DNA of 64,000 nucleotides, taken from Felis catus. Its lineage: Eukaryota. The stretch is taken from the NCBI RefSeq assembly GCF_018350175.1, contig NC_058368.1, forward strand, positions 235,168,001 through 235,232,000. The letters run 5' to 3'. This document shows positions 45,038 through 56,430 of this stretch, one piece after another. A program made the translations under genes and the position numbers. Position 1 is the first letter of the stretch, and each line of letters begins with the position of its first letter. Below the pieces are notes generated by a model. That model ran no database searches and was not told where the DNA came from. It worked only from the letters and a program-made list of their open reading frames with translations.

Positions 45038-45157
45038 AAGGCAAGACACAGGCAGACGGAAATATCCACAATGAATATATCTGACAAAAGACGGTATCCA
45101 GAGTGGAACTTTTAAAACTCTTAATAAATCAATAGTAAAGGCAAACGAGCTAATCTT
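45038..45157 (+). repeat. Dispersed ~120 bp copy of 44129-44247
   Basis: Hand alignment gives about 15 differences in ~119 bp. Confidence 0.92.
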
Positions 45158-45355
45158 CACCTGGATTGCCTGGAAAGCAGCCAGAGGGAATTTTTTCAGA
45201 TGAGGGAGATGTTCTCTGTCTGACTGAGATGTTGGTTACACAGGAGTCTATACCTTTGTCAACTCTTATCAAAAATGTCAGCTTATAATTTGTACCTTTT
45301 ACTCTAATTTATACCTCAGTAAGAAAACAAGAACGTCAATTTAATGCATGTGGTA

Positions 45356-45721
45356 TGCTTTAGGCTGAATGTTTGCACACCCCCACCCCATTCATATGTT
45401 GGAACCTAATCCCCATTGCGATGGTGTTAAGAGGTAAGGCCTTTGGGAGGTGATTGGGTCATGGGGGTGGGGCCCCCACTATGGGGTCAGTGTGCTTAGA
45501 AAAGAGACGACAGAGACCTCCTTCCCCATTTCTGCCACGTGAGGACATAGTGGGAAGACAGCCAGCTATGAACCAGGAAGCAGGAGCTCTCCAGACACCG
45601 GATCTTCTGGTCCCTTGATCGTAGACTCCCAGCCTCCAGAAATGTGAAAAATAAATGTCTGTTGTTGATAAGCCACTCGTTCTGTGGTGTTCCATGCTGG
45701 CAGCCCAAATAGACGAAGACA
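45356..45721 (+). mobile_element. MLT1A-type MaLR solo LTR
   Basis: CTGAATGTTTG...TTCATATGTTGGAACCTAATCCCCA...GGCCTTTGGGAGGTGATT...CCAGCCTCCAGAA...AATAAATGTCTGTTGTT...AGACGAAGACA. Confidence 0.92.
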
Positions 45722-45725
45722 GGCT

Positions 45726-46226
45726 ATATTAGTTTCCCGTTGTTCCTGCAATAAACTACCACAAATTCAGTGACTTAAAGCAACGCAGATTTATTCTCTC
45801 TCGGTGCTGGAGGTCAGAAGTCTGAAATGGGTCTCCCTGGGCTAAAAATCGGGCTGCTATCAGACCCGCGTTTCTTCCAGGAGACTCTAGGGAAGAATGC
45901 ATTTTCTTCTAGCTTTGAGAGGCTACCTGCACCTCTTGGCTCCCAGCCCCTTCATCCATCTTCAAAGCCAGCAATCACCGCAGAGCATTCCACCCACGGC
46001 ATTGCTTCAACTGTGCGTCTTCTGCCCCTGTCATCCACACGTAAGGACATTTGTGATCACACCGGGCCCATGGCATCATTCGGGGTGAGCTCCCAACATT
46101 CAGGTCAGCTGGTGAGCAACCTTAGTCCCACCTGCGCCTTAATCCTATTCACATATAATGGACCATATTCGCAAATTCCAGACACTAGGACGTGAACGTC
46201 TTTCGGGGCCCTTCTTCTGCTCACCG
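45726..46226 (-). mobile_element. MLT1D-type MaLR solo LTR
   Basis: TATTAGTTTCC...TACCACAAATTCAGTGACTTAAAGCAAC...GGAGGTCAGAAGTCTGAAATGGGTCTC...CCATCTTCAAAGCCAGCAA...CAGCTGGTGAGCAACCTTA. Confidence 0.88.
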
Positions 46227-46257
46227 TGTAGGAATAAAGGCCCCGTAAAGGACACCA

Positions 46258-46418
46258 TTGTTGACTGGAAGAGGTGTGGGCTGTGAAGGGTGGGAGTGGA
46301 GGAGATATTCTAAATCTTTGAGTGGTATTTATACAGGTATGTTAATTCACAAAAATTCATTGAGATCAAGCTGTACATGTAAAATGTATGCACTTTATAT
46401 ATATGTCAATAAAAACTT
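46258..46418 (+). mobile_element. L1ME 3' UTR end
   Basis: ATTCTAAATCTT...ACAGGTATGTT...AAAATTCATTGAG...TGCACTTTAT...TCAATAAAAA. Confidence 0.7.
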
Positions 46419-47008
46419 GTCCCCAAAAAACCCCCACCTGTGCTTTTGAAGCACGTAAATCACCAGTATCCTGCCAAAAGATGGAGTGTTCTGAAGTCGT
46501 CTGAACAAAACTGGAACATTCTAAATCTGAGTGCTCAGTAATGTAGGGCAAGGAAACTTCAGCTTTTGAAGCCTTTAGCAGATGTACATCATCTAACACA
46601 TCGCTAGCAAAGAGAACGACGATGAAATTTGGCCACAAAGAGGGAATAAGCAACTAAACAGATGAAAAGATAAGAGTTTCTATAATGTTCCAAGGAGAAC
46701 TTTGAAATTTTCTGTCTCAGCTTTTGTGCAGGGTGTTTTGGTGGAATGCCAATGTCTAATTGCATAAATATATAACTGGCAGAGAATGGGATGCAGTGGA
46801 GACCTGCGATTTCTGACATCAAAATTTGGGGCAATTTTGAAAATTCATACATAGAGGCCATTTTAATACTTTTTGTCTTTAGAAAAAATATTTGTCAAAG
46901 AATAGGGCTCTGAATGGAGAAACAGTATTAGAAGCCATGCATGAAGCCATTTGTCCTGAAATATTTATGTATTTCAAAGTAAAAGTCAGAATCAATCCCC
47001 TCCTCTGC

Positions 47009-47143
47009 TGGGGCGCCTGGGTGGTTCAGTCAGTTGCGTCGGACTCTTGATTTCCACTCAGGTCATGATCTCACAGTTCCCGGGATGAAGCCCCGTGTGA
47101 GTGGGGGGAGAGCCACACTGTCCGGTGGGGAGCCTGCTAGAGA

Positions 47144-47175
<32 letters not shown>

Positions 47176-47195
47176 ATAAATAAACATTAAAAAAA
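47009..47195 (+). mobile_element. Can-SINE (older subfamily)
   Basis: Head, (CT)n, tail; diverged TSD around CCCTCCT. Confidence 0.92.
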
Positions 47196-47562
47196 TTATT
47201 CCCTCCTTTGTTGAGTGATTTGCTTTGAGTTCACCAGGTATGTCCGCATCTGTAAGAAGATTTTCTCAATTAAAACTGCAATGAGTTCAAATTTATTAAC
47301 CAAGAAACGTACCTGTGTAGACACTTACATCTAATATTTTTTAAATATTTAACAAATAAGACCATATTAAAAATATGGTGTATGGAGAGATATTAGTGAC
47401 CTAATACTAGTAATAAATATGCTAACTAACTAATACATTTGGTGCATATATACCAAAAATAATGATTCTGCTGGTATTATTTTAGTGTTGAGTTTAAAAT
47501 CTTCCTTTAGCATGTTTAGACAATTTTAATGGTTTTTTAATAAGATTATTTTAGAGGCCCAC

Positions 47563-47676
47563 TAATATAATAATATTATATTATATTATATTATATTAAT
47601 ATTATATATTAATATATATTATATTATATATAATATTAATATATATTATATATTATATTAATATTATATTATTATT
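47563..47676. repeat. 114 bp pure A/T tract (TATAT/TAATAT units)
   Basis: No G or C in the interval. Confidence 0.95.
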
Positions 47677-47717
47677 GTTTTTCAGCAAATAGGTGTTTTA
47701 AAAATTACACAGGTTAA

Positions 47718-47920
47718 GGGTGCTTGGGTGGCTCAGTAGATTAAGCATCCAGCTCTTGATTTTAGCTTGTGTCATGATCTCGCAGTTCATGAGTTTGAGC
47801 CCTGCATTGGGCTGTGCGCTGGAGGTGGGGAGACTGCTTGGGATTCTCTCTCTCTCTCTCCCTCTCTCTCCGCCCCTCCCCTGCTTGCTCTCTTCACTCT
47901 CTCTCGGAAAATAAACTTTT
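47718..47920 (+). mobile_element. Can-SINE (older subfamily)
   Basis: Head and (CT)n; diverged TSD AAAAATTACA. Confidence 0.9.
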
Positions 47921-49405
47921 AAAAAATTACATAAGTTTAATTATTTAAATTATTTTTCTCCTGTCTCGTACTTCACGAACTGTCCCAGATTGGTTGGCAA
48001 GTTTGATGGTCAAACTACCGTTTTGCAAACATCACTAAGGTACATTTAGGAAACAGATGATGACCACGTTTTTGAGGTGTCGACCCCAAGCTTGGAGCCG
48101 GTGGGGCGGGGGAGGGGGGGTTGCTACGAGGCCCATTCATTGCTGCAGGCTGGGTTCCCGGGAAGCCGGCTCAGGACCAAGGTTAGCACACCAGTGGCTT
48201 TAATAAGTGGCTAATGTGGTGCTCCTACAATCACGACCCACGGGAAGCATCAGGTCGAGGAGGAAACCGGATGTGATGTGGCCCCTGTGGAAGCCCAGCC
48301 CCCCCCCACCCCGCCCCAAGGGGAACCCTGAGCTGGCGGTGGGCATCACAGTTGCCGTGGCCACAAGAAGGGGTGTGACCTTGAACGGGACAGCTCTCTC
48401 TGCTGCAGCAGTCCCCAGACGGGCTGTCTCCAGCAGCACGCCCGGCACCTGGGGAGGGAGGTCTTCATTCCAGACGGTGGCTCTGGGCACTGCGTTGCAG
48501 CATCCTCCGGGGCTCATCCAGAGATGCCGCCTCCAGATGCACGGGCTGTGCGCCCCTCACGGAACTCAGGTCTGGGGCTGGAGGAGCTGGGTTTTCTCAT
48601 TCACACGGGCCTCTCCCGTCACCCAGTGGCAACTCTATTTCCACTTGCGGAGAAGGTAGTAGAAGCAACAGATGGCCCGGTTCTCCCAGGTGAGGCCGTG
48701 CTCCCTTGTTCGTCTGCCTGGAAGACACCTGGACAGAAGCCTGGGTTTGCACGCGTCCTGACGGAGAGAAAGAGCTCCAGGTAGCATGGTCAAGGAGACA
48801 GGAAAGCTTCCAGCCTGCCTGTCTCTGAGCACCCGTTTCCTCAGCCCTGGAGCCTTTGCAAAGACAGGGGAAGGTGGAAAGGGGGGTCGCACAGAGGCGC
48901 AAGACCCCCCTCCACCCCACGGGCTTTCGCCCAGAGCCAGGTCAGGACTGCCAACTGATGCTGGCCACAGTTCCGTGGGTGGTTACTTCCGGTTCTTCAC
49001 CGTCCATCTGCCTCTTGCGCAGTAAAGGTGTTCGGCTGGCTATGATCCAGCACAATCATTTGCTAATCACATTTGAAGCCAGCAAGTTACCAGAATGCCA
49101 TTTAACAAGATGAACGCACGCGTGCGCACGCACACACGCACACGATGAATTATCTTCACAAAGAAAAACAACCGTATTCCCCAAATAGCCTTTGCTATAA
49201 AAGCTTCTCTCTGCTCTCTGTGCTTCCTCTGCTGATTCATTCTCCTTTCAAGGCCTGTTGTTTCTGTACATTCTGATGCGAAAGAAGATGAAAGCCCAAT
49301 TTTCCAAAGCGAAAAAAAATGGTAATTTGGTAAATATTGTTTTCCAACACTCAGCATTGTAAACCCCATTGATGGATCGCAAGCAATCGAAAACTTTCAC
49401 TTTTT

Positions 49406-49631
49406 GGGGGCGCCTGGGTGGCTCAGTCAGTTGAGCGGCCAACTTTGGCTCAGGTCATGATCTCGCGGTCCGGTCCGTGAGTTCGAGCCCTGCGTTGGGC
49501 TCTGTGCTGACGGCTCAGAGCCTGGAGCCTGTTTCGGATTCTGGGTCTCCCTCTCTCTCTGCCCCTCCCCTGTTCATGCTCTGTCTCTCTCTGTCTCAAA
49601 AATAAATAAATGTTAAAAAAAAATAAAATAA
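49406..49631 (+). mobile_element. Can-SINE (young, SINEC_Fc2-like)
   Basis: Perfect 16 bp TSD AAAACTTTCACTTTTT at 49390-49405 and 49632-49647. Confidence 0.97.
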
Positions 49632-49685
49632 AAAACTTTCACTTTTTTAAGAGTTCTCCTCCCAACACTAACACTTTAGTTTTTT

Positions 49686-49719
49686 TTTCTTAATTTTTTA
49701 AATGTTTTTATTTATTTTT

Positions 49720-49756
<37 letters not shown>

Positions 49757-49924
49757 CATGAGCAGGGGAGGAGCAGAGAGAAAGGCAGACACAGAATCCG
49801 AAGCAGGCTCCAGGCTCTGAGCTGTCAGCACAGAGCCTGACACGGGGCTCAAACCTACAAACCATGAGATCATGACCTGAGCCGAAGTCAGACGCTCAAC
49901 CGACTGAGCCACCCAGGTGCCCCT
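49686..49924 (-). mobile_element. Can-SINE (SINEC_Fc2-like)
   Basis: Full antisense body; TSD TAGTTTTT. Confidence 0.96.
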
Positions 49925-50178
49925 CTAGTTTTTCCTTTTATAGATCATGAAGTGTGATTCTGGATCTGAATCTAAGGAAGAGATTTCTATCAGAGAGCAG
50001 TCAGGGAAGCATTCGGCAGAACATAAGCTATTCGAATATGCAGTATTGGGGTTCCTGCCCTTGTTAGCGGTAAAAGTGTGGTGAGGCCACCGTCTGGCAA
50101 GGTGCGAGAGCAGAGACGGAGGGTAAGGAGCTCCAGGAGCTTGACGCAACACCTTGCCCACCCGCAGCATTCCACGAA

Positions 50179-50893
50179 TGTTCAGGGATGGCCATTTAAG
50201 GGCACCGGCATGACGTGACTAGGGAAGCGTTCCTGCGTGCACTCCCCGGGGCCCAGCCAGGAGAGAGGGGGTCGGTGTCCTCTTGGCCCATGAGAGTGAA
50301 TCCGGGAGGCTGTCCGACTCCTGTGAACTGGAATCAGGCCCCTGATTTAAAGCTAGAAGAACCCCGACACCATGTGCACAAAACGAGTCTGACTGTCACT
50401 AGTGCTGCCATCCTGGGTGCACGCAGTGCCGACACCCCAGGCAAGTCCCACTGCAGCCACGGTCCCGGGCACACGGTCCCCGGCCCAGGCAGCATGAAGG
50501 CCCAGGATGCAGAGTTGCAAGCACCCTGAGGAGTTCCTGCGTGGCCTGGGGCATCTCATCAGACCCTTCTGAGCCTCAGATGGACAGCGACCCCACCCAC
50601 CCCCTGGGGTCACTGGGAACTAAAGGACACAATTGTTAAGAGGCACGCCAGCTGTTAGCAAGGAGCCGTCTGGGTGACCCCTGATGCCTGTCCCCTCTCC
50701 TTCCTTGGTTATAAAGCCGTTGATGTAGCATCTTTTCCAGCACCTCCCATCCCTTTCCTTTTATTTCTGTCTAAACATGCTCTCAAGACACCCAGCCTGG
50801 TGCCACCCCACTCAGTCTGGGCACATCTTCTATGGGTCACTGTCCTCCGAGTTCATGCAGGCATAAAGGCAGGGTTTTAGAGCAGTGCGAACA
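50179..50893 (+). mobile_element. Possible ERVL solo LTR (MER70-like)
   Basis: TGTTC...GAACA termini, TATAAA near 50709, and a start resembling the recalled MER70 5' end. Confidence 0.45.
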
Positions 50894-50998
50894 TTGTGCC
50901 TCCTAAATCTGCTCGAGCTCTGCCATCATCAGCCGACACTGATATACAGCCCAGTAGAAAAGTCAAGTGTGTTGAAGGCTAGCTAATAGGTTCCTTAT

Positions 50999-51280
50999 GT
51001 CTCTTTTTTCTCTTTTCTCTTCTCTTCTCTTCTCTTCTCTTCTCTTCTCTTCTCTTCTCTTCTCTTCCTTTCTCTTCCTTTCCTTTCCTTTTCTTTTCTC
51101 TTCTCTTCTTTTCTCTTCTTTTCTTTCCTTTTTTTTTGGAGAGGGAGAGAAAAGAATCTTAAACAGGCTACACTCTCAGTGTGGAGCTCGACGTGGGGCT
51201 CAATCCCACGACCCCGGGACCATGACCTGAACCAAAATCAAGAGTGAGATGCTCAACAGATCGAGCCACCCAGGCGCCCC
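50999..51280 (-). mobile_element. Older Can-SINE with expanded (TTCTC)n/(TTTC)n tail
   Basis: Antisense head GAGCCACCCAGGCGCCCC; pyrimidine tract at ~51000-51137; diverged TSD ending TTCCTTA. Confidence 0.9.
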
Positions 51281-51314
51281 AACAGTTTCCTTACTTTAAA
51301 TAAAATCCATTACA

Positions 51315-51407
51315 GGGGTGCCTGGGTGGCTCCGTTGTTCAAGCCTCCGACGTCGGCTCAGGTCGCGATCTCACAGGTGGTGAGTTCGAGACCCACGTCA
51401 GGCTCTG
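51315..51407 (+). mobile_element. Can-SINE 5' half only
   Basis: Head through GTCAGGCTCTG, with no (CT)n or A-tail. Confidence 0.88.
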
Positions 51408-52546
51408 CCTCCACCCGGCAGCAGAGGTCTCTCACACTGGAAGGCAGAAAGCTGCCGCAAAGGACAGCCGTGGCCCAAGGTGTTGGGCTCCCAGATCACC
51501 CATGCGGGGAATAAATGATGGGATAAAGTGGGCCAGATGGAATCTAACTCTTCGGGGGCACAGAATGCCTGTCTTTGTGCTTCCGTCGACAACAATAGAA
51601 AGGCGCTACAGCTGTCAACGTCGGGACAACCTTGGCCTCTGCCACCACACGGGTGCACTGTCCAGTATCCCTGCCACTGTGGTGCTTAGAGATGGGTGGG
51701 CAATGTGGGAGGAGAAGGCCTGCCCCTGCCGAGCAGAAGCTTCCAGAAGGTGGCGTGTGATCCCTGGAGCAAGGAGGTTTCTCAGTGCGGAAACAGCCTA
51801 TGCCATCAGACCTATGGAAACAGCATAGGTTCAACATCACGCGGAAACACAATCTACGGTTTAAGGTTTGCGGTGCTGGAAACTTACTCGAGGCTGCTCC
51901 ATCTAACACCAAGGAAGGCTAGACGCTGCTGCAACGTCCTGAGCCAATAGAAACGACGATGTCGGGAAGCACATCCGACTACTCAACGGGCCATTGTAAG
52001 GCGGTCGGGAAACGTGGCGACGCACGAGTGACAAGTGCTCTCACTTCAGTTTAGTTCCGGGTTAGCCGGGGGCGGGGGATGCCGCCATCTAGACCACAGC
52101 CCTGGAGCTCCTGGAGGCTTCACCCTCTCTTCCCAGAATGTGTTCAGGCAAAGCTAATGGGAAACGTGCCTGTGAAAAGGATGCACATCTGGAGACCCAC
52201 CGAACACAACGTCCCACCGGCCACTGTGGTGAGGTGTGCGGTTTTCGTGGGCTCCCTACCCGGCCTGGGGCCGGGACACGGAGCCCAGATGCTGGCAGCA
52301 GCCACGAGAAAGGAGCCTCCAGGACTGCGGTAATGCTCCTGCTTAAGTGTCAGTGGGGATTTGACAAGATAATGAATCTGTAAGGAAAATCACCGTGGCC
52401 CCTGGACGAGCTGAGCGTTACATGAAGAGCTTCCTATGAACCCCAAACATTCCTTCAACATCAACCTTGCTGACACCACAAGAGGCATTCCTGGTTCCTT
52501 TCTTAACACGCCCAGCTCCCCTCTTGTTCAAAATACTTGCTGCCCA

Positions 52547-52732
52547 AGGGTGCATGGGGGGCTCCGTCGGTTGAGCGTCTGACTTCGGCTCAGGTCACGA
52601 TCTCGCGGTTCGTGGGTTCCAGCCCCGTGTCCGGCTCTGTGCTGACAGCTCAGAGCCTGGAGCCTGCTTCCGATTCTGTGTCTCCCTCTCTCTGCCCCTC
52701 CCCAGCTCACTCTCTTTCTGTCTCTCTAAAAA

Positions 52733-52767
<35 letters not shown>

Positions 52768-52778
52768 AAAAAAATGTT
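52547..52778 (+). mobile_element. Can-SINE with A31 run
   Basis: TSD AAATACTTGCTG(C/T)CCA at 52531-52546 and 52779-52794. Confidence 0.96.
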
Positions 52779-54244
52779 AAATACTTGCTGTCCATACTTG
52801 GATGTTTATTTCATAGTGCATCTCAAAAAAACCACACTCTTCTAATAAGTGATTACATGATGATGTGTATGCATGAATGAATGGTCATGATTTTAATTTT
52901 AAAGAATGGAAGAACAGACCAATTGGCACTATCAGGAAGTGTTTTTTTTTTTTTTTTTTTTCAAAAATAAAACTGGCCACAAATATTTTTTTCTTTTTGT
53001 TTCTGGTGTCTAAAATAAATTTAGTGCTTAGTCTCACCTTGCAGAAAGTGCTTTTCCAAGTAGAAACTCAACTATAGTGCCTGGAAGGAAAATCCAAGCC
53101 TGAAAGTCAGAGAAATACGCCAGCAATGTTCTCTCTGATTCTTTACGGACTCCAGAAAACCAAAAGTTGAAGCAGAGTAGAAGGATCTGCCGATGGGTGA
53201 ATTGGAAGCATTTGGGACCTTCAGCACTTAAAACGACGCCTTGCATATTGTCAAGGCTCAGTGGAAGTTTTGTGACTAACAGACAAGTAAAATAAAACAA
53301 AGTACATTTAGTTCTTATTACAGCAGTACACGTGATTGTGCTAAGCTTTGCATAAGCAGGCAATAAAGTGGAAGAAAATGAAGATGTGGTGTAAATACAA
53401 TACCTCAGAGAAGGTTGCTGTCAGAGGATAGTTACTTTTCTTCCTAATGTTTGCTCTGTTTCTTTCTTTCTTTTTTTTTTTTTTTTTTTTACAAACATTA
53501 ACTTCTATTTAGCCTACTGTTTGGTAAACTTTATGACTTAGTATGAAACCAACATGTTTTTTCACATCATCTAGTAGCCTGGTTAAAAAAAAAAAAACTA
53601 TCTAGCTGAAATGATCAGATTAAAATATATCCATAATCAACCTGCACTAGAGCTACACAAATGGTTTCTGGAAGAATGAGCATCAGTGTGAGTGAATCAG
53701 TCGGGGCACGGGAGGAACACTTGATTAGTGACCTCTGGGTGCTTTTATTCTAATTACGAGAATGGATCTGGAGAACACTGGCTACTTTGCAGAAACCCCA
53801 CGTACACAAACCCCTATTTTACTTCCAACCAGTGACATGCGCCCGAACGTAAGCTCCACGACGGGGCGCTTGCTCAGAGCTACTCAGGAACAGCTCTTCG
53901 CCACGGTAGGCACTTGGCCGGCACCTGCTGGGTGCACCCAGCCCTCACTTCCAGCGAGCAAGCCCTCTGCACGCTCAATCGTCACACGGGTGAATGTGGT
54001 CAGTCCTTAATCAACGACCAGGCACCTCAGCCCTGGGGAATGTGAATCAGATCGTAAAGAAAGCCAATTCTGTGAATTCCTTGAAGGCTCGTCGAACATT
54101 CTGGGCTTGTAAATAGCCACTGAATCAGCAGATGTCCGAATTCCCCACGCCCTCTTGCCGAGAGTAGCTGTTGGCGCTCAGGGCTGTCTACCTCTCTGAA
54201 GCACCGTGGGCGCTTATCTGTCCTACCGAAAGCACATTGTTTTC

Positions 54245-54396
54245 AGATGTTGACTGGTGTATATACTTGAAGGTATGGAGGGTCAGAGTCTATCCTGACA
54301 AGTGGACGTGCAAAGTGGTGCAAATCTGCACTCCTATCCTGAGTGTGGAGAGAGCCGGTTTCCCTACATTTTTGCCAAACTTGATACTGGTTTGAC
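54245..54396 (-). mobile_element. Ancient L1M fragment
   Basis: CAAAGTGGTGCAAATCTGCACTCC...TTTCCCTACATTTTTGCCAAACTTG matches the antisense ORF2 end. Confidence 0.55.
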
Positions 54397-54612
54397 TTTT
54401 TTTTTTTAATGTTTTTATTTATTTTTGAGACAGAGAGAGACAGAGCATGAGCAGGGGAGGAGCAGAGAGAGGGGGAGACACAGAATCTGAAGCAGGTTCC
54501 AGGCTCTGAGCTGTCAGCACAGGGCCCGACGTGGGGCTCGAACTCACAGAGTGTGAGATCATGACCCGAGCTGAAGTCGAACACTCAACCTTACTGAGCC
54601 CCAGGGCGCCCC
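54397..54612 (-). mobile_element. Can-SINE (SINEC_Fc2-like)
   Basis: Full antisense body. Confidence 0.95.
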
Positions 54613-54869
54613 TTTTTTTTTTTTCAATTTTAATATTAAAACAATCAGCTCTTCACTTGTTATTAGAAAAAAACAATAACCTAAGTGGGAGTGGGATTGC
54701 ATTGCATTAATTATGCAAAGCAATTCAGGGACAGTAGACGTCTTTACAATTAATCCACCTGGGAACGTGGCGTATGGCATATAGTTAAGCTCTTCCTCAG
54801 TTTTACTCAGGAAAGTCGCCTGGATTTCAAAGTACAGGTCTTGCACCTCATTTGTACTACTTCTTCCAG

Positions 54870-55745
54870 TTCTGATGCTTGTGTTCCTTGTGAACAGAAT
54901 ATAGTTCGATTTTGTTTTTTATCCAGTCTGGCCATTCGAATCTGGTCATTGGCGTATTTAGTCCATATACATTCAAAGGAATGACTGATGTATTTGGTCT
55001 ATGTTCTACCATTGCACTTTTGGTGTTTTTTTAATATTTATTTATTTATTTTGAGAGAGAGAGAGAGAGAGAGAGAGCAAGCGAGCAACTGAGGAGGGGC
55101 AGAGAGAGAGGGAGAGAGAGAATTCCAAGCAGGCTCCACACCGTCGGTGCAGATCCCGACACGGGGCTCGAACCCACAAACCATGAGATCATGTGACCTG
55201 GATCGAAATCAAGAGTCGGATGCTTAATTGACTGAGTCACCCGGGTGCCCCTACTTTTGTTTTTAATTTGAGCAGCCCATTTTATGCTTTATTTTCCCTC
55301 CTTTATTGTCTGCTTTTGGATTACTCACATACTTTACATTGTTTTATTTTCCTATCTATTGGATTAGCGATTAAATATTCTTTTAGTGATTACCATACAC
55401 ATTATAACATGCATCCTTGATTTATTATACTCGAACACTACCATGACAGGGCCAGGGCCTTAACACTTCCAGCCCCTTCCCACTTAATTATCATCTTGAA
55501 TTTAATCCAACGCATATTAGATTCTATGAGATGATATTATGATCGTTTTAGGCAGTCTAAGAGCGTTTCCAGTTACCCACATAGTTACCGTTCATTTGCT
55601 CATTTATTTCTACATTTCCATACTTCCAACTGTAACTATTTCTCTTCTGCTTGAAAAGCTCTTTTAATATTTTTTAGCGTGTTGTTTATGACAAATTCCC
55701 TTAGTTTATATTTGTCCCAAAATGACTTTATGCCAGCATTTTCTC
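54870..55745 (-). mobile_element. Ancient L1ME ORF1/ORF2 junction region
   Basis: TTGTGAACAGAATATAGTT...TTTTTTATCCAGTCTG...TATTTAGTCCATATACATT is the antisense ORF2 start; the T-rich inter-ORF region follows. Confidence 0.7.
55026..55251 (-). mobile_element. Can-SINE (older subfamily)
   Basis: GAAATCAAGAGTCGGATGCTTAA...CCGGGTGCCCC. Confidence 0.93.
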
Positions 55746-56430
55746 CAGCCTTTTATTATGAAAATGTTCAAGCCCACTGCATGCCTTCAATTCATTTACA
55801 ATACACTCTTTTTTAAAATGTTTATTTACTTTTGAGAGAGAGAGAGGGACAGAGCACGGCCTGGGGGTAGGGGTGCAGAGAGAGAGGGAGATACAGAATC
55901 TGAAGCAGGCGCCAGGCTCTGAGCTGTCGGCACCGAGCCCAACGTGGGGCCGGAACTCACGAGCCATGAGATCATGACCTGAGCTGAAGTCAGATGCTTA
56001 ACTGACTGAGCTCCCCGGGAGCCCCCACAATAAACTCTTATACACACCCATCTTCTACCATGAATGTTCGACTCTACTCGATCTGTCACACATACTAACT
56101 TCCATCTATCCATCTACCGACCCACCTTATTTTATCAGATTTGAGAGTAAATTTTAGATATCTGTACACTTCCGATCAAACACGTTACTACTGACGTTAT
56201 TATAAGAACTTGGTACTTGTTAACAGTTTTGTTTCTTTCTATCCAAAATCCGTATACAATAAAATAGACAAAGTTAGATGTATGTTTCTGAGTTTTGAAG
56301 TGTGCATGTACATACCTGTGCACCTGCCATCAACAAGATAAAGAACGCTAGCACCCCGGAAGTTCCCCCAGGTTTTTCTCATCAGTTCTCATGCAAGCCA
56401 CAAAAGGTAGGCATGTTTCTGCCTTCTCAA
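55746..56430 (-). mobile_element. L1MC/L1ME 3' UTR fragments
   Basis: TTTTATTATGAAAATGTTCAAG and ATACAATAAAAT...TGAGTTTTGA...ACCTGTG...AAGATAAAGAAC. Confidence 0.6.
55811..56026 (-). mobile_element. Can-SINE
   Basis: TSD ACAATA(C/A)ACTCTT at 55798-55810 and 56027-56039. Confidence 0.95.

Larger units (their letters stand above)
43880..45330 (+). mobile_element. L1ME-like ORF2 3' end and 3' UTR
   Basis: CCATAAAGCTTCTAG...TATGTGACAAAAGAC...TTGGCAGTTTCTCATATAAGTTAAAC...GTTATGCTAAG...AAGAAGCCAGAC...TTTGTCAACTC. Confidence 0.8.
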
